Below the pieces are notes generated by a model. The model ran no database searches and had not been told where the DNA came from. It was given only the letters and a program-made list of their open reading frames with translations. From assembly GCA_963707025.1 (NCBI GenBank), contig CAVPOM010000010.1, positions 64,001 to 128,000 of the forward strand: a stretch of DNA of 64,000 nt. The letters are read 5' to 3'. Source of the stretch: an uncultured Verrucomicrobiae bacterium. GTDB lineage: Bacteria; Verrucomicrobiota; Verrucomicrobiia; Limisphaerales; Palsa-1400. A program made the position numbers and the translations under genes. Shown here in pieces: positions 31,616 to 41,320 of the stretch; position 1 is the stretch's first letter, and the number at the start of each line of letters is the position of its first letter.

Positions 31616-32166
31616 TCAAGTGCTATAGAAATATCCAAGACTGCGAAGACTGGAATGATTTGGGTTTCCAATTACGATGTGGTCGAGAACTTCGATTTTG
31701 AGAAGTTGACCGGCTCGAATGAGGTCACGGGTGATTTTTATGTCCGCTTCCGATGGAGTTGGATCACCGCTCGGGTGAGAATGCGCGATAATGATTGCGG
31801 CAGCACTTGCCATGATTGCCAATCTGAAAATTTCCCTCGGATGACAAAGGATTGTATCCATCGTGCCAATGGACACCAAGATAGTGACCTTTGATGCGTC
31901 GGCGGGTGTTGAGGATGAATACCACCAAACATTCACATTCAGGATTGAAGTATGGATGAGTGGCGATATGCGTTTTCCAATAGGCGGCTGCCTGATCAGG
32001 CGTTTCACAATGTTGCATGGTGTCGGGAGTGGGACATTCCCGTCAATGAAACGATTTTCCATTCCTGCGGTTGAGCCGGGAATTTTACCGGCTTGACGAG
32101 TTGGTTGATGGGTTGCGGAGCGGTTGCGGGGCATCCAGTGGAGATGAGGTTTTCATTTGTGTTCAT
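31616..32166 (-). CDS. radC: RadC-like JAB-domain protein (frameshifted)
   Basis: HPREIFR..IIIAHSHPSGDPTPSEAD..LDHIVIG; N-terminus in neighbouring frames. Confidence 0.88.
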
Positions 32167-32383
32167 GTTTTGCGTTTTGTTCTGAAGGAGCGGGACTGCT
32201 CTCTTCACCCGCCCGGAGAGAGCAGGACCGCTCCTGACAAAACGCACCCGTCTGTGCCCGCGCCGCCGGGCAGCGGAGCATCAGCAACTGAGTGACGGCG
32301 GGCGCAAAGATATTGCGGCCGCTGGCGCGATGTTGCGCGGAGCAACCAGAGGCGCGGGTGCAGACGGGATGAACACAGATGAA
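32152..32383. other. Large multibranch inverted-repeat structure upstream of radC
   Basis: Pairings 32152-66/32369-83, 32171-80/32237-46, 32186-204/32217-35 and 32247-64/32351-68. Confidence 0.75.
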
Positions 32384-32493
32384 GTTCTCGTCAACGGATG
32401 ACGGCAGAATCAGCTATCAAACCGGTGGCGGATTTCCATTCACGGGAGCGCGAAAATGAGCATTCAGCAAAATTGCCAGCAACCCAAAAAATT

Positions 32494-32653
32494 AGTGCCA
32501 GTGGAAGTGCCAGTGATTCCCCGTGAAACCGTCATCATTTTGGCTGAATTTCCAAAGAAGCCTAAAACTTGTAGCCGGTGGTTGAGAACCCACCCCACCA
32601 CCGCGAAATGCGACCAAAAAACGATCAAAAAAGTGCCAGTGAAAGTGCCAGTG
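32494..32653 (+). repeat. Four AGTGCCAGTG direct repeats in two pairs (likely integrase arm-type sites)
   Basis: Copies at 32494, 32506, 32632 and 32644 (12-bp spacing within pairs), next to the att site. Confidence 0.75.
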
Positions 32654-32837
32654 AACGGGTGATAAATGAGTAATTGGTGAGTAGTTGATTGGTATTGGCT
32701 GCGTAATGTCGGTGACTTGACACGCAGATAAAAATGCCTGATTCTATTGGCGTTCGTTAGTTATGAGGCTGTTCGCCTCTGGTGGTGGGGTGGTGGTCGC
32801 GGAGTAATGGAAATTGAAAAAACTTCCAAAAGTCGTC

Positions 32838-32858
32838 CGAATCCCACCCCTTCCGCCA
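32838..32858 (+). other. att site: duplicated 3' end of a tRNA-Ser
   Basis: CGAATCCCACCCCTTCCGCCA = T-arm, acceptor 3' strand, G discriminator and CCA; no 5' half upstream. Confidence 0.8.
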
Positions 32859-32865
32859 GTTGTTG

Positions 32866-32903
32866 CGAAACCCCCGTATTTACAGGGGTTTCCGCGTTTT
32901 TTA
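32866..32903 (+). terminator. Hairpin with T-tract after the att site
   Basis: GAAACCCC-cgtatttaca-GGGGTTTC followed by cgcgTTTTTT. Confidence 0.5.
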
Positions 32904-33023
32904 CGGCGTCGTTCGTGTTTTCGCTCATTTTTCGTTCCTTCGTTTTTTGAATTCTCCGGTGTATAAAGACCGGTGTGTAAGGTTTTTGGCCAAGGTTCTG
33001 CGGGTGGATCTTGCTTGGACTGA

Positions 33024-33148
33024 GTGCCCAACCTGCACCCGGTGTAAGCGAGTAGTTCAGCAAAATCTGCGGCGGCCTGGCATGGTCCAAAAAGATGGGA
33101 GCGCATCCGGGTCACGATGGCTCCAAACTGCTCTGACGTTGGATAACG
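33024..33148 (-). pseudogene. Tyrosine recombinase/integrase fragment
   Basis: RYPTSEQFGAIV...AADFAELLAYTGCRLG (catalytic Arg box); no flanking domains. Confidence 0.7.
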
Positions 33149-33150
33149 AA

Positions 33151-33220
33151 GAGAGGGAAGAGGCGAGGGAGTGGCTGTCCCTGTTCTGGCATGAGGCGGT
33201 GGTGAGGGAGGTTGGGTGAG
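33151..33220 (+). repeat. 70-bp direct repeat, copy 1
   Basis: 66/70 identical to 37684-37753. Confidence 0.9.
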
Positions 33221-33442
33221 GATGTGCTTGGATACTGCCAAGAATGCTCTGCCAATGGAGTTTTCTGCCCAGTCTGGTCATGGTTGGTTCATTCGTGGAA
33301 TCAACGACTTGGTGGGGTTGGGTGGAGAAGGTTGATATTTCGCAGCAGAAACCCTGGCAATCGACGGTCTGGGCGAAGAAAAGGGGTCTCATTTCTGGAA
33401 ATGGCAAGCCTCATGCTTCCAAGGTTGCAAGACAATTGCATT

Positions 33443-33625
33443 ATGAAAATTGAGCCAATCTCGCACAGCAAAGTCCGTCCGAAAACTCCGCCATTGACCT
33501 TTGGTGATTTCGTGGCGGGTGTTTACCACACTTTCGGCAAACGCAGAGCCAAAGGCGTTGTTCATCTCGCCGTGGCAACGCATCTGGTTGAATTCCGCGG
33601 CCCAGAACGGATTGAGATTTTTTGA
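33443..33625 (+). CDS. Small hypothetical protein (60 aa)
   Basis: MKIEP...LTFGDFVAGVYHTFGKRRAKGVV; ATG 33443. Confidence 0.6.
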   Translation: MKIEPISHSKVRPKTPPLTFGDFVAGVYHTFGKRRAKGVVHLAVATHLVEFRGPERIEIF

Positions 33626-33912
33626 AGACTTTACCCTGCCATGCTCGTGATTATCAACATGATCCTTGAACCGGAAATGAATCCATAAAGAGCCTTAACC
33701 CCGATTGTGGCCGACACGCCTTCAATGGAAGTCGTAAACAATCGAGGCGGTTCTCTGTTCTGAAATGAGTTCAACGGAACCGTCAATACACGGCATTACG
33801 GCGGGGTATGTCTTTTTTGGGAGAGCCTCCTGCTTCACCGAGGGTTGCATTCGGTGATGGGCATGGTAGGTTGAATGGACGACGGTGCGTGTTGGTTTCG
33901 GCAGGTTTGCCA

Positions 33913-34702
33913 TCAAATATCGTGCGCACGCTCACCATTGACCGTTCTCCAAGATCGTAAGAACCTCCATGTCATCAGGTCATCATCAGGCAAAATCGTG
34001 AAATCATTGAACCCCCCTGGTTTGATCAACTTCTGGGCTTTCTCTTTCTCCCATTCCCTGGCCAACTCCTTCTCCACCATCGCCTGATAGTTGATTCCGC
34101 CGTTCAATTTCATCTCCCGCTCGTACACGGTGCGGACGGTGTGGTCATAAACCGCAGGGCTGCCGAGGTAGGCGTAACACCTCTCCCGAATCTGCACCAC
34201 ATGCCAGGCCGGCATCCAGCAGCACCTCGTAAGGCGGCATGGCCGGCACTTTTTCCGGATTTTTCGCCGAGTCGTGTTCCACTTCCACCACCCATCCGCC
34301 GTCCACCGCTCTGGCGCGGTATATATTTTGCTTGACAAAACCGGGGCCGCGCGTCAGCGCCTGCAGCAGTTGGATGACACCGGCGGCTTCATTGGTGGTT
34401 GTGGCCCCCATGCGCTGGCGGCTGAGGTAGCGCATGGTGGGCGTGAGCCAGTATCCGGCCCCCTTCCTGGGTTGCGGATTCTCCCGCAAGGCCGTCATGA
34501 GATCGAGAGCGTCGCCTGACGCCGACATCACCGCCCGAGGTTTGGCTGGCGCGTCCGGTATCAGCCGGGCGCCGGGCAGGCATTGCTGGAGCAATTTGTT
34601 CAGTTCGATGGCGTCCGTCCCCGCCGCCACTGACCAGGACTGGGCGGACAAAAGGACAGCCGCAATGAGCAGAAGTATTTTCATAACTTTTTGAGTTTTC
34701 AT
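33913..34702 (-). CDS. Secreted hypothetical protein, probably frameshifted
   Basis: Signal peptide MKTQKVMKILLLIAAVLLSAQSWS; overlapping ORFs 34145-34702 and 33913-34338. Confidence 0.5.
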
Positions 34703-34769
34703 ACTGCTATTTTACTCGAACGAACCTTAAGGGGACGTGAAGATTGGCTGAGTGTCCCGCTCCGCCGGT

Positions 34770-34890
34770 TGCAGCCGGACGGAAAACCCGCGGCAACTTG
34801 CTGCTGGAGAACCTGCCGCTGCGCCACCAACTGGTCCTGAGCCGGATTCCGAGCGACCCCGGCTGATGCCAATGGACCGGTTCCCGGCAG
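34770..34890 (+). pseudogene. Transposase N-terminal remnant
   Basis: Broken NLLLENLPLRHQLVL...RPRLMPMDRF resembles the LENLALRHQL..RPRL..DR start of integrase-core transposases. Confidence 0.5.
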
Positions 34891-35221
34891 GCGCGGCCCT
34901 CCCATGGATGGCAAAAGCAAAAAGTCACTTGACTACAGTTGGAGCGTGTGCGGCCAGAAGAAGCGTCGCATTGTTATGCAGTTTCCATTCTTTTTGGCTG
35001 GATGGATTGCGGGCGCTTTGCCGCTGTGTGCTCAGCGGCCATGCCGACTGGGCGACCGCGCTGGCTTTGGACACTTCCGGCAGGCTGACTCTGGAAGGCG
35101 ACGCCAACGTCTGTGGCAGCATCGGACCCTGCCCGCTCTGCTCCAGCGGCTGCAAAGACGTTACCGTCATTGGCGTGGTCAGCCCCAAGGGCATTGATTA
35201 TTCTGTCAAATATTGAGAAAC

Positions 35222-36469
35222 GTGAAGACCTTCCCACATCTTGTCAACTTTCTCCTGACGATGGCCAGCGCGGCGGCGCAACCGCTCTCCAACCTGGTCT
35301 TCAACGTGGGAACCACCATCCAGGACACCGATCTTCAGAATTGGTCCTACGTTCTGCTGGGTTCCCCGCAAGTTCAGCTTCTCGCCGGCCAGCGCTTTGC
35401 CGTCTATGGCAAAAACGGTTTGCCGGCGGACCCCGGCGCCTTCACGCTGCGCGGCACGATTTTCCAGCAAAGCGACACCACCGCCATCAATAATCTGCTC
35501 AATCAGTCGGTGGCGCTGGGCGAGGATTTGAGCGCGCTCGACGCCGCGCTGGGGTTCTTGTTGCGGAATGTGCCTGGGATCTCCAGCCAAACCCTGCCGC
35601 AAAAAGTCCTCACCGCTTTCCTGACCGCCGCGGGCGACCCGACCACCGCGCCCGCGTTGATGGTGCTGGCCCGCTTGCATCCCGGTTTCAATCTTTGTTC
35701 CGGCCAGGCCTTCTCGGAGGTAATCAGCGCCACCACCACCTACGAAGTGCGCGAAGTTGACCCGGCCAGCGGACTGCCCGACGAGGTGGTGGGACGGGTC
35801 ACGATCATGCCCGGCGCGCCGGTCGTTTTGCCCGCGCCCGGCTATCCCTTCCAGGTCGTGACCAATGCGACCAGCGATCATCTGCGCATCCGGCTGCGCT
35901 GGGGCACGCCCGACGCCTTGCGCCGATTGTCGCTTTTGCAATTCGGGTTCAATGTCTGGCGCATTGCGCTCGCCGCCGCCCTGGCCGGCAACTTCAACAC
36001 CACGCCGCCCACGACCGCCGCGCTGACCTCGAATCCCGATTTTACGCGCGTCAATACTATGCCGGTGCTGGCCATGACCGATTACGCGCCGCTGGACGGG
36101 CCGGGCGGACCGAACGATCCGGCGGATACCTCGACCTGCTTTTTCTCGGACCGCAACGGACGTTCGCCCGGCATCGCGCAATTTCCGCCGACCAACACTC
36201 CGCCGGGCTACCTGGCCGCTCCTTTCAACGATGGCGACCAATTCTATTACTTCATCACCGCGCGAGATGTTCTGGGACGCGACGGCCTGGTCTCGCCGGG
36301 CGGACTGGGCACCGCCTGCCGGAAAAGGCCGCCGCCCGCGCCCATGAATTTACGCGTCTTCAATAAGACGCAGGTCCTGCTGCTGGGCGGAGGGCAGACG
36401 ACGAACCAGGAACAATTGCTGCTGCACTGGGCGTTCCGTTCAGCCCGCCTCCGACCCCGCCCGTGCTGA
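35222..36469 (+). CDS. Secreted protein, N-terminal part (truncated or frameshifted)
   Basis: Signal peptide MKTFPHLVNFLLTMASAAAQ; FN3-like YYFITARDVLGRDG..PPAP. Confidence 0.65.
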   Translation: MKTFPHLVNFLLTMASAAAQPLSNLVFNVGTTIQDTDLQNWSYVLLGSPQVQLLAGQRFAVYGKNGLPADPGAFTLRGTIFQQSDTTAINNLLNQSVALGEDLSALDAALGFLLRNVPGISSQTLPQKVLTAFLTAAGDPTTAPALMVLARLHPGFNLCSGQAFSEVISATTTYEVREVDPASGLPDEVVGRVTIMPGAPVVLPAPGYPFQVVTNATSDHLRIRLRWGTPDALRRLSLLQFGFNVWRIALAAALAGNFNTTPPTTAALTSNPDFTRVNTMPVLAMTDYAPLDGPGGPNDPADTSTCFFSDRNGRSPGIAQFPPTNTPPGYLAAPFNDGDQFYYFITARDVLGRDGLVSPGGLGTACRKRPPPAPMNLRVFNKTQVLLLGGGQTTNQEQLLLHWAFRSARLRPRPC

Positions 36470-36515
36470 TTGACCCACCAACACCAACACCCCGCCGGTC
36501 CTGGCCACCAATGAA

Positions 36516-37598
36516 GTGGTTCTGTCCCACGACGGCACGCTCTTTTACGGACGCCGTTCCCCGGCCAATGGCGGCACGATTTGGGCCATCAACCTGGATG
36601 GCAGCAGCGACACCTGCATCACCACCGGCTTGCGTCCGCGCGCCTCGAGCGACGGCCACTGGCTCGCCTTCTTGCGCAATGGCGATGAAATTTGGCTCCG
36701 CGACCTGGCGGCTGGCGCCGAACGATTGCTCGCCACCGCGCCCGGTCCGGTGACCGGATTCGGATGGGAAACCAACAATACCACCTTGGTGACAGATTAC
36801 GGCTGCGCCATTGGCGACTTGGACACCAACGGCGGATTCACCAGCCTCCTGACCGGCGATTGTTTCAACGTCGCTCCCGCTCGCAGCCCGGATGGCGCTC
36901 ACCTCGCGTTCCACAACCTCAATCCCACCACCGGCGCCGCAGGCATTTTTGTTGATAGCCAGCGGATTGTGGCGACTGTTTTCGGCGCCACCTGGCCGTC
37001 CTGGTCGCCCGACAGCAGCAACCTGGTGTTTTGCGACAACAACGACATCAATGGGGATTCGGGACAAAACCTTTGGATGCTCAATCCCGATGGCAGCGGG
37101 CTGATTCAGATCAGCGACTTCACCGACGCCAGCAACGGCTTCCCCCACGGCGCGCTCTGGTCGCCGGACGCCCAATCCCTGGTCGGCGCGGGAACTGTAT
37201 TTGACACGAACGGCCTGTGGGTCATTCCGCTGCGCGCCGACCGGCAAGGCTGCGACGGGCGGCCCTATCTGCTGCCGACCACTCCCGGCGATCCCATTGA
37301 CTTTGCGGGTTCGATCGCACTGGCGCCGGTGGCCAACGTATTTATCGGCACGCCGCCAGGCCTGTTCATCCGCCAAGACCCCGCTAACGTCGTGGCTTAC
37401 TGGAATACCAACTTCGTGGGGTTTACCCTGGAATCGCAGCCGACTCTGCCGGCCCCCTCCGCCTGGAACCCTGTCGGCGGCCCCTTCTATCTCAACGGCG
37501 CTTGTTTCGAATATTGGGAGGCCAGCACCAATTTGCAGACCGCGAAATATTTCCATCTGCACTACACCGGCGCCGCCGTGGTCCTGAGCCAGCACTGA
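36516..37598 (+). CDS. TolB/PD40 beta-propeller protein, probably the 3' part of the upstream gene
   Basis: PARSPDG, PSWSPDS, ALWSPDA repeats; no signal peptide of its own. Confidence 0.7.
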   Translation: MVLSHDGTLFYGRRSPANGGTIWAINLDGSSDTCITTGLRPRASSDGHWLAFLRNGDEIWLRDLAAGAERLLATAPGPVTGFGWETNNTTLVTDYGCAIGDLDTNGGFTSLLTGDCFNVAPARSPDGAHLAFHNLNPTTGAAGIFVDSQRIVATVFGATWPSWSPDSSNLVFCDNNDINGDSGQNLWMLNPDGSGLIQISDFTDASNGFPHGALWSPDAQSLVGAGTVFDTNGLWVIPLRADRQGCDGRPYLLPTTPGDPIDFAGSIALAPVANVFIGTPPGLFIRQDPANVVAYWNTNFVGFTLESQPTLPAPSAWNPVGGPFYLNGACFEYWEASTNLQTAKYFHLHYTGAAVVLSQH

Positions 37599-37683
37599 CA
37601 AATACAAATAGGCAATGCCTCAAGGCCCCGGTTGAATGCGGTAAAACTGCATCAAACTGGAACTGGAAGGCGGATCGAGGGAG

Positions 37684-37753
37684 GAGAGGGGAGAAGCGAG
37701 GGAGTGGCTCTCCCTGTTCTGGCATGAGGCGGTGGTGAGGGAGATTGGGTGAG
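37684..37753 (+). repeat. 70-bp direct repeat, copy 2
   Basis: Matches 33151-33220. Confidence 0.9.
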
Positions 37754-37899
37754 TTCGTGGTTGGAGAACTTCTCCAGAAAGCGACATGAACGCCGCCTGA
37801 GCTCCCGCCGTGTGCCGGCGACGGGCTGAACCGCACGAAAACCTAAAAGCGGTCATTTGGCTTTGAGAAGCTTTTTTTGCCGTGAGGATTTGGCCCTGA

Positions 37900-40095
37900 T
37901 TACTTATCGACGACTTGGAAGTCACGCGTGGCCCGGATGTCTTCCGAGGAGGCTCCGATCATGATTTGGAAGGTCCCGGGCTTGACGTGAAAGGCATGGA
38001 TGGATTCATCGTAGAAGGCCAGCTTCTCGCCTGGGACGGTGATTTCCACCTTCTTCGTTTCGCCGGGTTGCAGGTGAACGCGTTGGAATCCGCGCAGTTC
38101 CTTGATGGGACGCTTCACGCTGGGATTCTCTTCGTGGACGTAGAGCTGGACCACTTCGTCGCCTTCGCGTTTGCCGCTGTTGGAAACTTCGATGGCGGCG
38201 GTGATGCGGCCGGTTGACGCTATTTGGAGATCGGACAATTCGAGGCTGCCATATTTGAAGGTGGTGTAGCTCAGCCCGTGGCCAAAAGGAAAGAGCGGCT
38301 TGCCGCGCTGATACATGTAAGTGAAACCCTTGGTCACGTCATATTCGTCCTGCGGCGGAACCTGGTTGGTTGAAGCATAGACCGTGAGCGGCATGCGCCC
38401 GGCGGGGTTCACATCACCGAAAATGACATCAGCGATGGCATTTCCGCCTTCCTCGCCTCCCCACCAGGCTTCGATCAACGCTGTCGCCTGCTCGGCAATC
38501 CAAGGCTCGGTCAGGGGGCCGGCATTCATTTCAACAACCACGGTGCGGGGATTGGCCGCGACCACTGCCTTGACCAGTTCCAGTTGATTGCCCGGCAGGG
38601 CGAGCGAGACGCGATCCCGGCCCTCCGCTTCGATATCGAGGGTAGTGCCAACATAAACGATGGCGACATCCGCTTTCGAGGCGGCGGCGGCGGCGGTTTG
38701 GATTTCGTCGCTCTTTTCGGCGGGCGTACGGGCCGGGGTGCCACGTCGAGGCGGTGCGATCTCGCCGCCCTGTACATAAAGAACCTCCGTGCCGGGAGCC
38801 ATGCGGTTTTTAATGCCGGCGAGTGGCGTCACCGCATTGCTCACCCGTCCGCTGTAACCGCCGGCGGTAAAGATGTTCGCATGCGGCCCAATGACGGCGA
38901 TAGTCTTGATTGTAGAACGGTCCAAGGGAAGGAAATTGCTTTTATTGCCGAGCAGAACGATGGCTTCGCGTTCCGCCTGGAGCGACAATTGGCGGTGTTC
39001 GGGGCTGCCGATGACGCTCATGGGAATCTTGCTGAACGGAACCTGTTCCGGCGGGTCGAATTCGCCGAGGCGGAAACGGTCGCGCATCACGCGGAACACG
39101 GCATCGTTCAAGCGGGCTTCCCCCAACTTGCCCTCGCGAACCGCGATGGGGATGTTGGTCATAAATTCGGCGTCGGAAAAATCACAGCCCGCGTTAATTG
39201 ACAACGCGACGGCATCCACAAAAGTCATTTTGCCCGCCTCGTGGCCACGAACCATGGAATTGACGCCGCCCAGGTCGGAGACCACGAAGCCTTGGAAGCC
39301 CCATTGTTGCTTGAGGATGTCGGTCAGCAGGAACGTGTTGATGTTGTTGGGAGTGCCGTTGATGGCATTGTAAGAGGCCATGACGGACTGGGCCTGGCCT
39401 TCGACGATGCAATCATGGAAGTGCGGCAGCCAGAATTCGTGGAGCATCCGCTCGCTGACCGTGGCGGAGAGTTTCTGGCGGTCCTGCTCGACGTTGTTGA
39501 CGGCAAAATGTTTGAGGGTGGCAGCCAGCTTCAGATATTTCGGATCCTCGCCCTGCAGGCCCTTGACATAGGCAACGCCCATCCGGCCGGTAAGAAAGGG
39601 GTCCTCGCCAAAACATTCATTGATGCGGCCCCAATATGGATTGCGGCTGATGTTGATGACCGGGGCGCGATAGATCAGGCCCTTTTTCTGCCCGCGGAAA
39701 TTCGGATCCTGATGCCAGCCGTTGTAGATGGCACGGGCTTCGTCTGAAATGGAACTGGCGACCCGGTTGACGAGGACGGTGTCCCAAGTGGCGGCCAGGG
39801 CAATCGAGACGGGAAACATGGTCGTGGGACGGTCCCAGACCACGCCGTGCAGGCACTGGTTCCATTTGTCGGATTTGATGCCGAACCGCTCGATGTCCGG
39901 ACCGACGTGGTTGAGCAGGATGCCCTTCTCCTCAAGGGTGAGGCGGGAAACAAGGTCGTTGACGCGGGCATTGACCGGCTGGGCGGGATCCAGATAGAGC
40001 GGCTTGGAATTATCCTGGGCAGCAGCAAATGTTGACAGGCACAACCCGAAGAGGCTGGCGAACCACCGCGATAGAATGAGTCTTTCTGGCTTCAT
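37900..40095 (-). CDS. Glycoside hydrolase family 3 (beta-glucosidase/xylosidase) with Fn3-like domain
   Basis: RNPYWGR..E..GEDP, LKHF, VMASYN, GFVVSD, FPFGHGLSYT, DEVVQLY. Confidence 0.95.
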   Translation of the reverse strand: MKPERLILSRWFASLFGLCLSTFAAAQDNSKPLYLDPAQPVNARVNDLVSRLTLEEKGILLNHVGPDIERFGIKSDKWNQCLHGVVWDRPTTMFPVSIALAATWDTVLVNRVASSISDEARAIYNGWHQDPNFRGQKKGLIYRAPVINISRNPYWGRINECFGEDPFLTGRMGVAYVKGLQGEDPKYLKLAATLKHFAVNNVEQDRQKLSATVSERMLHEFWLPHFHDCIVEGQAQSVMASYNAINGTPNNINTFLLTDILKQQWGFQGFVVSDLGGVNSMVRGHEAGKMTFVDAVALSINAGCDFSDAEFMTNIPIAVREGKLGEARLNDAVFRVMRDRFRLGEFDPPEQVPFSKIPMSVIGSPEHRQLSLQAEREAIVLLGNKSNFLPLDRSTIKTIAVIGPHANIFTAGGYSGRVSNAVTPLAGIKNRMAPGTEVLYVQGGEIAPPRRGTPARTPAEKSDEIQTAAAAASKADVAIVYVGTTLDIEAEGRDRVSLALPGNQLELVKAVVAANPRTVVVEMNAGPLTEPWIAEQATALIEAWWGGEEGGNAIADVIFGDVNPAGRMPLTVYASTNQVPPQDEYDVTKGFTYMYQRGKPLFPFGHGLSYTTFKYGSLELSDLQIASTGRITAAIEVSNSGKREGDEVVQLYVHEENPSVKRPIKELRGFQRVHLQPGETKKVEITVPGEKLAFYDESIHAFHVKPGTFQIMIGASSEDIRATRDFQVVDK

Positions 40096-40554
40096 GCTCT
40101 GCATCTTGCCCTCGGGCGTGTTTGCGGCCAAGAAGATTGGTATGCGGAGTCCCAATCGGGAGCTGCCCAGGGCTGCCGGTCGGCAAACTGAATCCAAACC
40201 CATTGCCATCGCAGAAGCCCGCACTCTTGCGCTCGCCACCGACGACAAATAGGCAAGAAAAATAATGCAGCGCCGAGGATTGAAAATCGAATTGTGGTCA
40301 ACTTGTGGTTTGCTCCCGCATTGGCAGCAAATGTGCAGTGACGGATGCCCGTGCCCCCTTCCGGCCTGTCCATCTGCGCAAACCGTGCAGGTTTTGCACA
40401 GTCAAGCGCAGCCTTTGCGCGTCCATATCCGTGTTTTAAGCGAGAAAACAACCCTTTCGCCTGGGGAAAGCGCCGCTTTCCCGATTGGCACGTTAGTTGC
40501 ATAAGAATGGATCGGGTGATGAATATGAACGCAACAACACACGCAGCACAGCCC

Positions 40555-40767
40555 ATGAATACGACGATATTGAATTATCCGGGTTTCCAAACCTTGCCAA
40601 AAGGAGTCCGGCAGATGTTGCTGGTTTCCGAGGCGTACTTTTTCAATGAACCCGCGTCGGATCATCAGGAGCAAAGGGTTGCAGCCAGGCGGGCCAATCG
40701 GGGTTCAAAGGACTTTATGGGAATCCCATTCCTCCCGGCGGGGTTCGCGCTGGATGTGCCAGCCTGA
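40555..40767 (+). CDS. Small hypothetical protein
   Basis: MNTTILNYPGFQTLPKGVRQMLL; start uncertain. Confidence 0.4.
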   Translation: MNTTILNYPGFQTLPKGVRQMLLVSEAYFFNEPASDHQEQRVAARRANRGSKDFMGIPFLPAGFALDVPA

Positions 40768-40775
40768 TGACGCGG

Positions 40776-40890
40776 GACAGCGTTACGAGCATCGGGTCTT
40801 ATGGATTTGCATGGGCGTGGCTGACCAGTATCGCGATCCCTGACAGTGTGACGAATATTGGCAGCAACGCTTTCTCTGTGTGCCGGGCAA
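40776..40890 (+). pseudogene. BspA-type leucine-rich repeat fragment
   Basis: DSVTSIGSYGF...LTSIAIPDSVTNIGSNAF. Confidence 0.65.
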
Positions 40891-41320
40891 CCAACGCGAC
40901 GTTCGCCAGCGGCGTCAAGAGTGCTACGACCGTCCTCTTGGACAGTGTGGCAAGTTGCTTGTCCTTCATCGTTCCAAGGGAGCCGTCTTCTTCGCGGGTG
41001 CCGGGCATGCCAACGTTTTGCCCCGCCGGCGATCACGGCGAAACGATCAGATAAAACCGGATTGGCGCGTTGGTTGAATTATCCGTAATCGTTACAGTGC
41101 CTGCGCCAAATGTGCCATTGGTCAGCACCGTCCACTGGTTCAACGGCAGCGTGAGGTCGCCCGCAAATAACACTTGATAACTTTGTCCAGCTTGGGCGCT
41201 GAAACTGACCTGCCACCCTTCCGCTCCATTGGATATCGCCGGACTGGCAAAAAACGGCCTGACCAACGGCAGAATGTCCGCCGTCAATCCCGCCGGCTGG
41301 GCCAGCGTGTAGTTGGTGGC

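Larger units (their letters stand above)
1..32858. mobile_element. Right part of a tRNA-Ser-integrated mobilisable island; left end probably outside the window
   Basis: att, arm repeats, radC, MobF, T4CP and ParA-like gene; no integrase or mating-pore genes in the window; the leftward extent is inferred. Confidence 0.6.

Noticed and set aside
31616..32166. RadC JAB domain as part of the ubiquitin-like system
   Set aside because: It is a typical mobile-element RadC about 10 kb away on the opposite strand, and the operon has its own JAB
32790..32858. Intact tRNA gene
   Set aside because: Only the 3' ~21 nt match; no 5' acceptor strand, D-arm or anticodon arm
33151..37753. DGR template/variable repeat pair
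   Set aside because: Mismatches are not adenine-specific and there is no reverse transcriptase
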